Assembly (NCBI GenBank): GCA_045633415.1
Contig: JAZQYH010000001.1
Span: 938-64,937 of the forward strand
Source: Oscillospiraceae bacterium
GTDB taxonomy: Bacteria > Bacillota > Clostridia > Oscillospirales > Ruminococcaceae
DNA: 64,000 nt
Direction of reading: 5' to 3'
This document shows positions 47,583 through 56,361 of this stretch, one piece after another. Each line of letters begins with the position of its first letter. Position 1 is the first letter of the stretch. Both the position numbers and the translations under genes were made by a program. A model generated the notes under the pieces. It was given only the letters and a program-made list of their open reading frames with translations. It was not told where the DNA came from and made no database searches.

Positions 47583-48053
47583 ATGATAAATATAATGTTT
47601 GTATGCCATGGTAATATCTGCAGAAGTCCTATGGCAGAGTTTATTATGAAAGATATGGTGGCTAAGCAGGGACTGGCAGGCAGTTTTTGCATAGCTTCAT
47701 CTGCTACCAGCACAGAAGAAATCTGGCGTGGTATAGGTAACCCAGTGTACCCACCTGCAAAGGCAGAGCTGGCAAAACACGGCATTTCCTGTGATGGAAA
47801 ACGCGCAGTGCAGATAAATGTGGAAGACTATGAAAAATACGACATAATTCTCTGTATGGATACAAACAACATGAGAAATATTAAAAGAATTATTCCATCT
47901 GACCCACAGAAGAAGATACACAAGCTTATGGATTTCGCCTATGGCGGAGATGTGGCAGACCCATGGTATACAGGCGATTTTACCACCACATACAAAGATG
48001 TAACTGCTGGTTGCAGCGGTTTGCTGGAATATTTAAAAGAGAATTATTTATAA
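47583..48053 (+). CDS. Low-molecular-weight protein-tyrosine phosphatase
   Basis: 156 aa with the CX5R(S) loop VCHGNICRSP and the C-terminal DPWY motif. Confidence 0.9.
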   Translation: MINIMFVCHGNICRSPMAEFIMKDMVAKQGLAGSFCIASSATSTEEIWRGIGNPVYPPAKAELAKHGISCDGKRAVQINVEDYEKYDIILCMDTNNMRNIKRIIPSDPQKKIHKLMDFAYGGDVADPWYTGDFTTTYKDVTAGCSGLLEYLKENYL

Positions 48054-48057
48054 TTAC

Positions 48058-48085
48058 AGGCAGTGCTGTTGCACTGCCTTTTTTC
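48058..48085 (+). terminator. Intrinsic terminator
   Basis: AGGCAGTGC-tgtt-GCACTGCCT followed by TTTTT. Confidence 0.85.
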
Positions 48086-48217
48086 TGCGGCAATTTAACC
48101 AAATTTTGTATATCTTTTTCTATGGTAAATAAATTTAAGCTTAATTGACACCTATAGTTTAAAATGTTAACATTATATATAAATATTTAATTATCGAAAA
48201 CTTTCGAGGAGGACGGA

Positions 48218-49486
48218 ATGGCTAGATATGGAATAGTCGGTTTTGGCTGTGCAGGATACTTTGCGGCAAAAACCATACGAGAAAATGATAAAACTGGCGA
48301 AATTATAGTTTTTTCTGAACACGACAGTTCGCCATATAATCCTATGCTGACTACATACTATGTTGCTGGGAAAATTCCTTTTGAAGGACAATTTCCTTTT
48401 GGCAGTATGGAAAAAATAAAAGAAGAGTTGTCTTTGTGTGTATACACAGGTGTGGCTGTAAAAAAAGTTTATGGGGAAGAAAAAGTTATAGAACTTTCAG
48501 ATGGCAGTCAGCAGAAATTTGACAAAATTCTTATAGCTACAGGTGCACGTGCAGTAATGCCTGAAATTCCGGGGCTTGCCAAAGAAGAGGCGTTTTATAT
48601 GCGTACTCTTGATGATGCAATCAGACTTCGCACAGCGCTGGAAACAGAAAGCTATAAATCCGCCCTTGTGGTAGGTGCTTCAATGGTAGGTATCAAGGTT
48701 GTTGAACTACTTAACAAAAGAGGTATCGACACAACACTGGCAGATATGGCAGACAGAATTTTCCCTCTGGCGGCATATAAAAATGTGTCAGACGAAATCG
48801 AAAAACGTGTAACAGAAAAAGGTGTAAAATTAAGTCTTGGCAGTGCATTGAGCTATGTGGAAAAAACAGACAATGGCTACAGATGTATTATGTCAGACGG
48901 AAAAGAAATTCTGGCGGATATGATTGTGCTGTGCATAGGTACAAAAGCTACTGTTGATATTGCTGACCAGACAATATCTGTAAACCGTGGTATTGTCGTG
49001 GATGAAAATATGGAAACTTCTGCAAAGGATATTTATGCCGCAGGTGACTGCAGTGAAGGCAAAGAACTGCAGAGTAAACAAAATATGATTATCGGTCTGT
49101 GGGCAAATGCCGCATATCAGGGTATGACTGCAGGTGCCAATATGGCAGGTGCTTCAGCCTGCTTTGATGGTAACTTTATGCACAACATCACTCATTTTAT
49201 GGGTATGGACTTTATAGGCTTTGGCGATAACCGTAAAACAGGGCAGGTTATTACATCTGGCAATATCAATGGCGGTCTTTATGTAGAAGCTGTAATTGAT
49301 GAAACTGGTCTTGCAGGTGTCAATATTCTTGATAATTACCGCATCAGCGGTGCTGTTAAAAACTATCTCTACCGCCTTATGACAGAAGGCAAGGCAGATA
49401 TCTCACCAATACAGCGTGGTGTGTTGATTAAAGAAGGCTTGCGCCCATCATTTATAGAAAAACTGGAGGGAAGATACAATGGCTGA
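48218..49486 (+). CDS. FAD/NAD(P)-dependent pyridine-nucleotide oxidoreductase (ferredoxin/rubredoxin-reductase-like)
   Basis: 422 aa. Dinucleotide folds are IVGFGCAG and VVGASMVGIK, with AAGDC near the C-terminal FAD segment. Confidence 0.8.
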   Translation: MARYGIVGFGCAGYFAAKTIRENDKTGEIIVFSEHDSSPYNPMLTTYYVAGKIPFEGQFPFGSMEKIKEELSLCVYTGVAVKKVYGEEKVIELSDGSQQKFDKILIATGARAVMPEIPGLAKEEAFYMRTLDDAIRLRTALETESYKSALVVGASMVGIKVVELLNKRGIDTTLADMADRIFPLAAYKNVSDEIEKRVTEKGVKLSLGSALSYVEKTDNGYRCIMSDGKEILADMIVLCIGTKATVDIADQTISVNRGIVVDENMETSAKDIYAAGDCSEGKELQSKQNMIIGLWANAAYQGMTAGANMAGASACFDGNFMHNITHFMGMDFIGFGDNRKTGQVITSGNINGGLYVEAVIDETGLAGVNILDNYRISGAVKNYLYRLMTEGKADISPIQRGVLIKEGLRPSFIEKLEGRYNG

Positions 49487-51605
49487 ATTTGATGCTCTTA
49501 AAGCCAAAATACCGGGTGAAGACACTGGTATACAGGTTAAAAATACAATATGTGCTATCTGTTCACCAGCACCACACTGTGGTCTTACCTGTTATGTAAA
49601 AGATGACAAGGTTATTAAAGTTGAGGGCTGGAAAGGTCACCCAGACTCAAATGGTGGTATATGCACAAAAGGTTTGTCCAACAAAGAGTTCCTTTACCGT
49701 GAAGACAGAATTCTTTACCCAATGCGTCGTATCGGTGAAAGAGGTGAAGGTAAATTTGAACGAATCACCTGGGAAGAAGCATATAAAGAAATTGCTGAAA
49801 AACTCAATGGTATAAAAGACACATATGGTGCTGACAAGGTGGCGTTCTATTCTGGCTATAACAAATGGTACCGCAGTATGCTGGCACGTTTTGCTCATTC
49901 CTTTGGTACACAGAGTTACGGCACAGAACATTCATCCTGCTTTGCCTCTGGTCTTATGGCATGGCAGTGTGCTACTGGTATGGAAATGGGTATGAACCTT
50001 ATGGCAAAGCTGTTTATCGGCTGGGCCGCCAATGGTTACTATTCAATGTACAAACTGCCTATGGGTATTGAAAAACTGAAAGCCCTGACAGGTATGAAAT
50101 ATATTGTGGTTGACCCACGTATCACACCTGCATCACGGCGCTTTGCTGATTTACATCTGCGCCCACGCCTTGGCACAGATGGTGCTCTGGCACTTACAAT
50201 GGCAAATGCGCTTATCCAGAATGGCTGGATTAATAAAGAATACATAGACAAATATGTTCATGGTTTTGACGCCTACGCTGAAAGTGTAAAGGAATACACT
50301 CTGGAAAAAGGTGAAGAGCTGACAGGTGTTCCAAAAGAACAAATCTGGCAGGCTGTTGAGATGATTCGTGATGCAGCAACAATGTCTATATCCGAAAGCT
50401 CTGCTCCGCTGGCACACCACCATAACGGTATGCAGAATTACCGCTGTATCATGTCACTGCTGGCTATTACTGGCAACATCGGCACACCTGGCGGCCAGAA
50501 CCCAAGCGAATCTTCTTTCGCTGAAAGAACCACAGGTTACTATACAGGCGAACACGACTTTATGAAGGAAACATACCCACATAATGCTGACAAAGCTGTA
50601 GGTGCTGATGTACACCCACTGTGGTATGAACTGCGTAAAGATATGCAGGCAAATGACCTTGCACAGAATATCCTCAACAACGATGAAAAATCCATCAAGG
50701 CATTGTATGCCCACGGCATGAACTACCGTATGTTCGCAGAAGATGGCAAATTACTGGAAGCCTTTAAACAGCTGGATTTCTTTGTGGATGTAGACCTGTT
50801 TATGACAGACAGCGCAAAATGGGCAGACATAGTACTGCCTTGCTGTACATCACTTGAAAGAAGCGAGTTCAAAGGCTATCCTAACAACCTTATTGTTTAC
50901 ACACAGCCTGTTGTAAAACCACTTGGCGAAAGCAAACGAGATGTTGATATCATTACAGAACTGGCAAATGTAATGGGTATTGATGACCCTATACTTTGCT
51001 CTGGCTATGAAAATGCAGTTAAATATATCTTCCGTGACCTGCCAGTTGATTTGGACAAGGTAATGGAATCAGGTGAATTTGTAAAAATCGAAGGTGTAAG
51101 CACAAATTCAGGTGCTTATTATCTGGAAAACGGCTGGCGTACACCAACTGGTAAAATCGAACTTTACAGCGAAGTTATCGGTGCACATCCAGAATGGGGG
51201 CTGAATCCACTGCCAAGCTATACACCACCAATTAACCCAGACCCAGAAAAATATCCGTTTATGCTGTGTTCTGGTGCAAGACTGCCAAATGTACTGCACT
51301 CCCGTCTCCATGGTTCACCATGGCAGAGAAGTCTTCTGCCAGACCCATTGGTTGAAATAAACCCAGTAGACTGTGAAAAAATGGGTATTGAAACAGGTGA
51401 TGAAATTGAAATCATCACTTCCATCGGAAGTCTTACATTCAATGCAAACCCTACACACACAGTAAATCCTGGTCAGCTGTTTGTTTACCATGGCTACCCA
51501 GAAAAAGACATAAACAGCATTATCCCATACAGAGAACTCTGCGACCCATATTCAGGTTATCCGGCATATCGCAGTGTTTATTGCGCAGTAAGGAGGGTTG
51601 ACTGA
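49479..51605 (+). CDS. Molybdopterin (bis-MGD) oxidoreductase catalytic subunit, cytoplasmic, substrate unknown
   Basis: 708 aa. N-terminal Cys cluster is CAICSPAPHCGLTC...GGICTKG. No twin-arginine signal. C-terminal beta-barrel segment is INPVDCEKMGIETGDEIEI. Confidence 0.85.
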   Translation: MAEFDALKAKIPGEDTGIQVKNTICAICSPAPHCGLTCYVKDDKVIKVEGWKGHPDSNGGICTKGLSNKEFLYREDRILYPMRRIGERGEGKFERITWEEAYKEIAEKLNGIKDTYGADKVAFYSGYNKWYRSMLARFAHSFGTQSYGTEHSSCFASGLMAWQCATGMEMGMNLMAKLFIGWAANGYYSMYKLPMGIEKLKALTGMKYIVVDPRITPASRRFADLHLRPRLGTDGALALTMANALIQNGWINKEYIDKYVHGFDAYAESVKEYTLEKGEELTGVPKEQIWQAVEMIRDAATMSISESSAPLAHHHNGMQNYRCIMSLLAITGNIGTPGGQNPSESSFAERTTGYYTGEHDFMKETYPHNADKAVGADVHPLWYELRKDMQANDLAQNILNNDEKSIKALYAHGMNYRMFAEDGKLLEAFKQLDFFVDVDLFMTDSAKWADIVLPCCTSLERSEFKGYPNNLIVYTQPVVKPLGESKRDVDIITELANVMGIDDPILCSGYENAVKYIFRDLPVDLDKVMESGEFVKIEGVSTNSGAYYLENGWRTPTGKIELYSEVIGAHPEWGLNPLPSYTPPINPDPEKYPFMLCSGARLPNVLHSRLHGSPWQRSLLPDPLVEINPVDCEKMGIETGDEIEIITSIGSLTFNANPTHTVNPGQLFVYHGYPEKDINSIIPYRELCDPYSGYPAYRSVYCAVRRVD

Positions 51606-52111
51606 TGGCTAAAAGAGTAGAACTGGATATTTCACGTTGCTGTGCCTGTGGTGCGTGTTCAATCGCATGTATGGACCAGAACGATATAGACCTTAAAACA
51701 GGGGTGCGCCCTTTCAGAACTGTTTTCAGACAGGAATTCAACAAAGGCAAAAGCATAGAATATTATTCAATTGCCTGTATGCACTGCGAAAATGCACCTT
51801 GTGTAACAGCTTGCCCATCTGGTGTACTATACAAAGACAAAGAAACAGGTCTTACACTGTATGACAACACCAACTGTATCGGTTGCCACAGCTGTGCTAT
51901 GGCTTGTCCGTTTGGCGCCCCAACCTTTGGCGAAGACGACAAGATGACTAAATGCGACGGCTGTTACGACAGAATCAAAGCTGGTCTCCAGCCAGCCTGT
52001 GTATCTGCGTGTTTCTTCCGTGCGCTGAAAGTGGTTGACGACGAAAACCCTGTTACAGCAGAAAATTCACTGATTTATCAGTGTGATGAACTTGTAAAAA
52101 GTCAGAAATAA
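51605..52111 (+). CDS. 4Fe-4S dicluster electron-transfer subunit (DmsB-like)
   Basis: 168 aa with CCACGACSIAC, CMHCENAPC, CIGCHSCAMACP and CDGC. Confidence 0.85.
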   Translation: MAKRVELDISRCCACGACSIACMDQNDIDLKTGVRPFRTVFRQEFNKGKSIEYYSIACMHCENAPCVTACPSGVLYKDKETGLTLYDNTNCIGCHSCAMACPFGAPTFGEDDKMTKCDGCYDRIKAGLQPACVSACFFRALKVVDDENPVTAENSLIYQCDELVKSQK

Positions 52112-52128
52112 AACAAAGAGGACAAGAT

Positions 52129-52611
52129 TTATTCTTGTCCTCTTGTATATGTCATTCTGTAAAATTTACCTTCGCCCAGTGGTGTGTTGAGTGTGTACTC
52201 ATCACCATCAATTTCAAAACCAGCCTTTTTATAGCAGTTTATTGCTCTTTTGTTCCAGCTTCGCACCTGTAACGATATTGGTTTAATGCTTTTTTCTTCC
52301 GCTATTTTAACAGCGGTTTTAAGTATCTGTTGACCATAGCCTTTGGAACAAAGCTGTGGATTGACCGCAATACCTACAGAGAATTTGTTGTTTCTCTCTA
52401 TAAGGTTTATGTAACCAACCAGAGTGTCATTTTCATAAAAGCTGTAAAAATTCTGCTGGTTATCTGGGTTGGCAAAACCTGTTTTCTTTTCTGTCAGCTG
52501 GCTGTATGGCGGCAGATTGTATATTGCATATTCGTCAGGGTATTTCCAGCTGCACAGCTGTTTCTTTTCATCCTCTGTCAGCCCACAACGGTATATAAGT
52601 GTATTCATCAT
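52129..52611 (-). CDS. GNAT family N-acetyltransferase
   Basis: Start trimmed to MMNTLIY, giving an ATGA overlap with the PAP2 gene stop. Has the acetyl-CoA motif QLCSKGYGQQILK. Confidence 0.75.
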   Translation of the reverse strand: MMNTLIYRCGLTEDEKKQLCSWKYPDEYAIYNLPPYSQLTEKKTGFANPDNQQNFYSFYENDTLVGYINLIERNNKFSVGIAVNPQLCSKGYGQQILKTAVKIAEEKSIKPISLQVRSWNKRAINCYKKAGFEIDGDEYTLNTPLGEGKFYRMTYTRGQE

Positions 52612-53105
52612 GGCAGTATATTGTACAGAACACTGCCCCAGATAACTGCACTTAAAAAACCTGCGGCAACATCTGACGGATAGTGTACCCCACCAATAAC
52701 TCTTACGAAGCACAGAATAATGCTCAGGGCAATCAACACACCACCTACAAAACCGTTTACAAAAAAGCCTGTTACAGCTATAACTGTCATACTGAAAACG
52801 TGGCGTGAAGGCATACTGTTGCCTCGGGTGTCTTTTTTTATCAATGGCACAATATCCAGTGTTTCATAAGGTCTTGGGCGGTTTATTGCTTTTCGCACAA
52901 ATGTCAGCAGAATAAACCCTGATGCAGGTACAATAGTGGCATACAGTGCAGTTACAGGAAATCTTGTAAAAAACAGGTATACAAGCATTAAAGGGTAGCA
53001 GGCATAACCTATGGATGTTATAGCTGTGTTTACTATATTCAGCCATTTTGTAGCCTTTTCATTGCGGAATGGCTGGCTGATTTTTTCGTATTGTTGTTTT
53101 GTCAT
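52608..53105 (-). CDS. PAP2 family phosphatase (membrane)
   Basis: 165 aa with KKAINRPRP, PSRH and GGVHYPSDV. Confidence 0.85.
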   Translation of the reverse strand: MTKQQYEKISQPFRNEKATKWLNIVNTAITSIGYACYPLMLVYLFFTRFPVTALYATIVPASGFILLTFVRKAINRPRPYETLDIVPLIKKDTRGNSMPSRHVFSMTVIAVTGFFVNGFVGGVLIALSIILCFVRVIGGVHYPSDVAAGFLSAVIWGSVLYNILP

Positions 53106-53229
53106 AATATTCTCTCTGTGGTTTTACTATGATTTAATTTTAAATGATAGCATGGGGAATGTCAAACACTGGCAGACACCAGAAAAAACAAAACAGCCGT
53201 TTATCACGGCTGTTTTTGTTTACATTTAA

Positions 53230-53796
53230 TTATTTGCCATCACGCTGTTTCAGATATTCTGCAACACCTGTCTGGTACAGGTTTTCACCATAGCTGTCGA
53301 TAACAACTGTCAGTGGCATATCTTTAACTTCCAGTCTGCGAAGAGCTTCTGCACCTAAATCTTCGTATGCAACGATTTCAGATTTAACTACACTCTGGCT
53401 CAGCAGTGCACCTGCACCACCAATAGCACCAAAGTATACAGCGCCGTACTCTTTCATAGCATTGATAACATCGTCATTACGTTTACCTTTGCCAATCATA
53501 CCTGTAAGACCACATTCTTTGATAAGATATGGTGAATATGCGTCCATACGGTAGCTTGTTGTAGGACCGCAAGAGCCCAGTGCCTGACCTGGTTTTGCAG
53601 GTGTAGGACCTACAAAGTAGATTGTAGCATCTTTCAGGTCTGCTGGCAGCTGTTCACCTCTCTGGTGTGCTTCTACCAGTCTTTTGTGGCCAGCGTCACG
53701 GCTTGTGTAGATAACACCGCTCAGCAGTACTTCGTCACCACTGTGCAGTTCTCTCAGTTTTTCCTGTGTCAATGGGGTAGTAATATATTTTTTCAT
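53230..53796 (-). CDS. Fe-S hydro-lyase beta subunit (class I fumarate hydratase / tartrate dehydratase C-terminal domain type)
   Basis: 188 aa with GVIYTSRDAGHKRL, VGPTPAKPG and IGKGKR. Confidence 0.88.
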   Translation of the reverse strand: MKKYITTPLTQEKLRELHSGDEVLLSGVIYTSRDAGHKRLVEAHQRGEQLPADLKDATIYFVGPTPAKPGQALGSCGPTTSYRMDAYSPYLIKECGLTGMIGKGKRNDDVINAMKEYGAVYFGAIGGAGALLSQSVVKSEIVAYEDLGAEALRRLEVKDMPLTVVIDSYGENLYQTGVAEYLKQRDGK

Positions 53797-53798
53797 AA

Positions 53799-54638
53799 CT
53801 AAATCTCCTTTGACTTATGTCTTGTAACATGACAGTTGATGTTTACAGCACATGGCATACCTGCAATATGTGTTGGCATAGCAAGAATGTTTACGCCAAG
53901 AGCTGTTGTTCTGCCGCCAAAGCCCTGTGGGCCGATGCCCAGAGCATTGATTTCTTCCAGCAGTTCTTTTTCCATCTGTTCATAGAATGGGTCTGGGTTA
54001 ACTTCGTCCACGTTTTTCAGCAGAGCTTTTTTAGCCATCAGTGCAGCCTTGTCAAATGTACCGCCGATACCTACACCAACTACGATTGGTGGGCATGGGT
54101 TTGGACCAGCATTACGAACTGTATCAACAACAAATTTTTTCACGCCTTCAACGCCATCTGCTGGTACCAGCATTTTGATAGCAGACATGTTTTCACTGCC
54201 GAAGCCTTTTGGTGCAACTGTGATTTTAAGGCCATCACCTTTAACGATTTCATAATAAATCATAGCTGGTGTGTTGTCGCCTGTGTTTACACGGCGCAGT
54301 GGGTCAGCAACACAGCTTTTACGCAGGAAGCCGTCAGCATAACCCTGACGTACACCTTCGTTGATAGCATCTTCAATGCTGCCTTCAACATAAACTTCCT
54401 GACCGATTTCAATAAATACACATGCCAGACCTGTGTCCTGACAGATAGCAATCTGGTTTTTGTTTGCCAGTTTATAGTTGTCTACCAGCAGCTCCAGTGT
54501 GTTTTTTGCAGGCAGATAATCTTCTGCTTTGATAGCCATGTCGATTGCGCCGCAAACATCCTGTGGAAGATTAATGTTTGCATCGATGCACAGCTCTCTT
54601 ACCACTTTAGTAATTTCATCCCGATGAACTGTTCTCAT
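53799..54638 (-). CDS. Fe-S hydro-lyase alpha subunit (class I fumarate hydratase N-terminal domain type)
   Basis: 279 aa with [11 protein letters not shown] and [12 protein letters not shown]. Adjacent to the beta subunit. Confidence 0.88.
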   Translation of the reverse strand: MRTVHRDEITKVVRELCIDANINLPQDVCGAIDMAIKAEDYLPAKNTLELLVDNYKLANKNQIAICQDTGLACVFIEIGQEVYVEGSIEDAINEGVRQGYADGFLRKSCVADPLRRVNTGDNTPAMIYYEIVKGDGLKITVAPKGFGSENMSAIKMLVPADGVEGVKKFVVDTVRNAGPNPCPPIVVGVGIGGTFDKAALMAKKALLKNVDEVNPDPFYEQMEKELLEEINALGIGPQGFGGRTTALGVNILAMPTHIAGMPCAVNINCHVTRHKSKEI

Positions 54639-54851
54639 GGTAAAATATCCTTTCTGTTTTTATAAAATCCTTCTACGCTTTTTCTTATATATATTAAGCT
54701 TTGATTTTATTGTAATATTGTAAAAACAAGTTGTCAATAAATTTCACTTTTATTAGACATTTACATAAAAAAGGTGTATAATATATATGCAATTTTATGA
54801 AAGCCACGGCTTTAGTGTTTTAAATTAAAGATTTATATAGAGGTATTCAAT

Positions 54852-55433
54852 ATGCAGAACAGTATTTTAGTTACTCTTATCAACGCTGTTATGAGCAGAA
54901 CAGACAAAGAACATGTTATCATTGCCATCGATGGCCCAAGTGCTACAGGCAAATCAACATTTGCAAAAAACATCAAAAAACACTTTGACTGCAATGTTTT
55001 CCACATGGATGATTTCTTTCTGCCACCAGAAAAGAAAACACCAGAAAGACTGGCTACACCAGGCGGCAATGTAGACTGGGAAAGATTTAAAGAACAGGTA
55101 CTGGACAAAATCCGGACAAACGAACCTTTCACTTACGACATTTACCACTGCGGTACAGGTGACGTTACAAAATCAAAGGTTATCACACCTAAACGCCTTA
55201 ACATCGTGGAAGGTGTATACTCCATGCACCCAGAACTGAGAGAAGTTTACGAATATGAACTTTTCTTTGATGTAGCACGTCCAAAACAGCTGGACAGAAT
55301 CAAAAAACGCTCCAGCGAAAAAATGCTGAAACGTTTTGTAGAAGAATGGATTCCACTGGAAGACCTTTACTTCAAAACCTTCAACACAAAAAAAGAAGCA
55401 GACTTCTGCTTTGACACAACAAGAGCATTCTAA
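54852..55433 (+). CDS. Uridine-kinase-like P-loop kinase
   Basis: 193 aa with IIAIDGPSATGKST and HMDDFF. Confidence 0.65.
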   Translation: MQNSILVTLINAVMSRTDKEHVIIAIDGPSATGKSTFAKNIKKHFDCNVFHMDDFFLPPEKKTPERLATPGGNVDWERFKEQVLDKIRTNEPFTYDIYHCGTGDVTKSKVITPKRLNIVEGVYSMHPELREVYEYELFFDVARPKQLDRIKKRSSEKMLKRFVEEWIPLEDLYFKTFNTKKEADFCFDTTRAF

Positions 55434-55493
55434 ATTGCAAAAGTCGGCGAAGAAACACCTTCGCCGGCTTTTTATGTTAAAAGGGGGAACAGT

Positions 55494-55889
55494 ATGCAGT
55501 TTAACAGACTTTTGCCGGAATTATCCGTAACAGATATAAATAAAACCAAGGCCTTTTATATAGATTTGCTTGGTTTCAAGCTGGAATATGAAAGAGAAGA
55601 AAATAAATTTATGTTTCTCTCTTTTGAGGGCAGTCAGTTTATGTTTGAACAAATTCACGAGGATGGCTGGAATACAGCAGACCTTGAATATCCGCTGGGC
55701 AGAGGGATAAACTTTTCCATAGAAACTGATAACATAGACATCCTTTATCAGAAACTTCTGGATGCAAATTATCCGCTGTTCCGCCCTATGATGACCAGCC
55801 AGTACAGAATGAACGATGAATGGCTACAGCAAAAACAGTTTCTGGTGCAGGACCCAGATGGATATCTGTTAAGGTTTAATCAGGAGTAA
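55494..55889 (+). CDS. VOC (glyoxalase/bleomycin-resistance) family protein
   Basis: 131 aa with VTDINKTKAFYIDLLGFKL and DPDGYLLRF. Confidence 0.8.
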   Translation: MQFNRLLPELSVTDINKTKAFYIDLLGFKLEYEREENKFMFLSFEGSQFMFEQIHEDGWNTADLEYPLGRGINFSIETDNIDILYQKLLDANYPLFRPMMTSQYRMNDEWLQQKQFLVQDPDGYLLRFNQE

Positions 55890-55898
55890 ATACAAATA

Positions 55899-55931
55899 AA
55901 AAAGCCACAGTCATTTGACTGTGGCTTTTTT
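55899..55931. terminator. Bidirectional terminator (VOC gene / tRNA cluster)
   Basis: AAAAAAGCCACAGTCA-tt-TGACTGTGGCTTTTTT. Confidence 0.85.
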
Positions 55932-55932
55932 C

Positions 55933-56008
55933 TGGAGCTGCTAAGCAGATTCGAACTGCCGACCTCTTCCTTACCAAGGAAGTGCTCTGCCTGCTGAGCT
56001 ATAGCAGC
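55933..56008 (-). tRNA. tRNA-Thr (anticodon GGU), CCA encoded
   Basis: The reverse complement starts GCTGCTATAGCTCAGCAGG. Anticodon arm is CTTCC-TTGGTAA-GGAAG. Has GTTCGAATC and ends AGCAGCTCCA. Confidence 0.9.
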
Positions 56009-56052
56009 GCTAATACACAAAAAGCAACCTTTACGGTTGCTTTTTGTTTTTA

Positions 56053-56129
56053 TGGCGACCCGAATGGGGCTCGAACCCACGACCTCTAGCGTGACAGGCT
56101 AGCGTTCTAACCAACTGAACTACCGGGCC
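56053..56129 (-). tRNA. tRNA-Asp (anticodon GUC), CCA encoded
   Basis: The reverse complement starts GGCCCGGTAGTTCAGTTGGTTAGAAC. Anticodon arm is CTAGC-CTGTCAC-GCTAG. Has GGTTCGAGCC and ends GGGTCGCCA. Confidence 0.9.
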
Positions 56130-56154
56130 AGGTAAACAGTTCTAAAAGAACTGT

Positions 56155-56230
56155 TGGCAGGGGCAGTAAGAATCGAACTCACGACACGCGGTTTTGGAGA
56201 CCGCTGCTCTACCTGCTGAGCTATACCCCT
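56155..56230 (-). tRNA. tRNA-Trp (anticodon CCA), CCA encoded
   Basis: The reverse complement starts AGGGGTATAGCTCAGCAGGTAGAGC. Anticodon arm is GCGGT-CTCCAAA-ACCGC. Has GTTCGATTC and ends CCCCTGCCA. Confidence 0.9.
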
Positions 56231-56247
56231 AAGTAAGTTGCTTGATT

Positions 56248-56276
56248 ATAATAGCACATACTTTTTAAATTGTCAA
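56248..56276 (-). promoter_or_regulatory. Promoter of the tRNA-Trp/Asp/Thr cluster
   Basis: On the minus strand, TTGACA (56276-71), 17 nt, TATTAT (56253-48), about 15 nt before the tRNA-Trp 5' end. Confidence 0.5.
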
Positions 56277-56361
56277 CAAAAATATTGCAAAAATTTAAAA
56301 ATGGTGATAAAATTGTGACCGTTGGTTAAATTTTACATATTTAATATATAAAGGAGTTATT

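Noticed and set aside
48218-52111. Calling the Mo-enzyme operon an assimilatory nitrate reductase (NasBC-like)
   Set aside because: The architecture is reminiscent of NasBC, but the flavoprotein is much shorter than NasB, an extra ferredoxin subunit is present and no nitrite reductase or nitrate transporter is nearby. The substrate cannot be assigned from sequence alone.
53817-54665. 282-aa + strand ORF
   Set aside because: It is the antisense shadow of the fumarate hydratase alpha subunit.
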